DNA of 29,087 nt, from positions 1 to 29,087 of the forward strand of contig JANOAV010000154.1 of assembly GCA_031411295.1 (NCBI GenBank). Reading direction: 5' to 3'. How positions within the stretch are numbered: the first letter of the stretch is position 1; every line of letters starts with the position of its first letter. The notes under the pieces were generated by a model that had not been told where the DNA came from, did no database searches, and saw only the letters and a program-made list of their open reading frames with translations. The position numbers and the translations under genes are program-made. Below are positions 29,001 through 29,087 of the stretch, in pieces. Origin of the DNA: Verrucomicrobiales bacterium. GTDB lineage: Bacteria; Verrucomicrobiota; Verrucomicrobiia; Verrucomicrobiales; V1-33.

Positions 29001-29087
29001 AAAATGCCGCCCCGCAACTTCCCCCTGGCATGCCCAAGGTGGGACGCAATGACGCCTGTCCCTGCGCCAGCGGCAAGAAATTCAAGA
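26084..29087 (+). CDS. secA: Preprotein translocase ATPase SecA (3'-partial, stop beyond window)
   Basis: Begins MIQWILRKIVGSKNQRELK. Contains Walker A EMATGEGKT, VNDYLARRD, DEVDS, QNYFRLY, TNMAGRGTDIKL and QLRGR. Ends in frame in the SEC-C motif KVGRNDACPCASGKKFK. Confidence 0.97.
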   Translation, partial: MIQWILRKIVGSKNQRELKKIWPIVRQINEFEAKMQNEPESALVERTRKWQAELKEMDGAEQAKYLTKILPEAFAVVKNGARRLQGREFIVCEHPLKWEMVHFDVQLIGGYSLHTGKIAEMATGEGKTLVATLPLYLNGLTGRGVHLITVNDYLARRDSEWMGHLLTYLGLTVGCIQNDMRSDERREKYACDITYGTNSEFGFDYLRDNGMATTKDEQVQRGYYFAIVDEVDSVLIDEARTPLIISGPVQVDNHQYDVFKPFVEQLVRQQTTLVNQLAGEAKAFGDKKEWEEVGERLFKLKMGMPRHKLLLRMMEDPEYRRSMEKAELVCYQDPQKRRLFALKEELFYHMDERSNEADLSEKGRLFLNPSDPDAFVLPDLATHFADIDNATDKTPEQKLKAKEEVQAVMDQQAGKLHNISQLLRAYTLYEKDQHYVVEDNKVVIVDEHTGRKMPGRRWSDGLHQAVEAKEGVQIDRETQTLATITIQNYFRLYQKLGGMTGTAETEAAEFNDIYKLDVLVIPTNRKVTRKDHNDKIYKTRREKYNAVITFLQERHATGQPILVGTASVEASETLSRMMKREKIPHSVLNAKYHRQEADIVAQAGQLGQVTVSTNMAGRGTDIKLGAGVQELGGLLVCGTERHEGRRIDRQLRGRCARQGDPGETIFFLSFEDQLMMNFGAAERMTKLMERMGLEDGQELEHPWLNRSIESAQKRVEQRNYTQRKRTLEFDDVMNKQRMVIYDFRNEVLNTDTPGEIITEIIDQAVPERVKGFLEVQDGQPDVDGLRLWVESTFPISLSAEELPEGINADTAAELVVRKVKETYALKQQAEDSNNQAELERYVLLGAIDRLWQEHLYSMDALRDGVHLRSFAQKDPLIEYKMEAYSLFSALMSNIRGEILQNLFRSTSNIRAYEQLLHELMSGASAQQQAAERQGPPVSLGGGTFTASSGAMGYVAPTPAAEDPNRPRIQLPEENAAPQLPPGMPKVGRNDACPCASGKKFK

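Noticed and set aside
26161..29017. Minus-strand ORFs of 63-304 aa
   Set aside because: These are antisense shadows of secA, which the ORF track missed because its stop lies outside the window.

Overview
GC-rich bacterial window, most likely from Verrucomicrobiota. This is inferred from the ECF sigma/FecR-LamG pair, the W-x-DP-x-A-x-W repeat protein and several secreted proteins with an 'S-x-DL-x-x-W...F-Y-R' C-terminal domain. In order, it holds: the right end of an IS630 inserted in a hypothetical gene; a minus-strand two-gene unit (SET-domain methyltransferase translationally coupled to an epsilon-poly-L-lysine-synthetase-like membrane NRPS); a divergent ECF sigma/FecR pair; a DUF900 hydrolase; an NHL-like beta-propeller; a REP-rich intergenic mosaic carrying an hsdM fragment; a beta-propeller/di-heme cytochrome c protein; a CBM9/DUF5916 protein; an internally deleted IS4; an Fpg/Nei glycosylase; an M23 peptidase; an esterase; a large internally duplicated surface protein; and secA, which runs off the end and is absent from the ORF track. 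The best candidate for an undescribed system is the SET + Pls-like pair, a possible methylated homo-polyamino-acid pathway. Second is the shared C-terminal domain on four unrelated exported proteins. All family calls come from motif recognition by eye; no searches were run.
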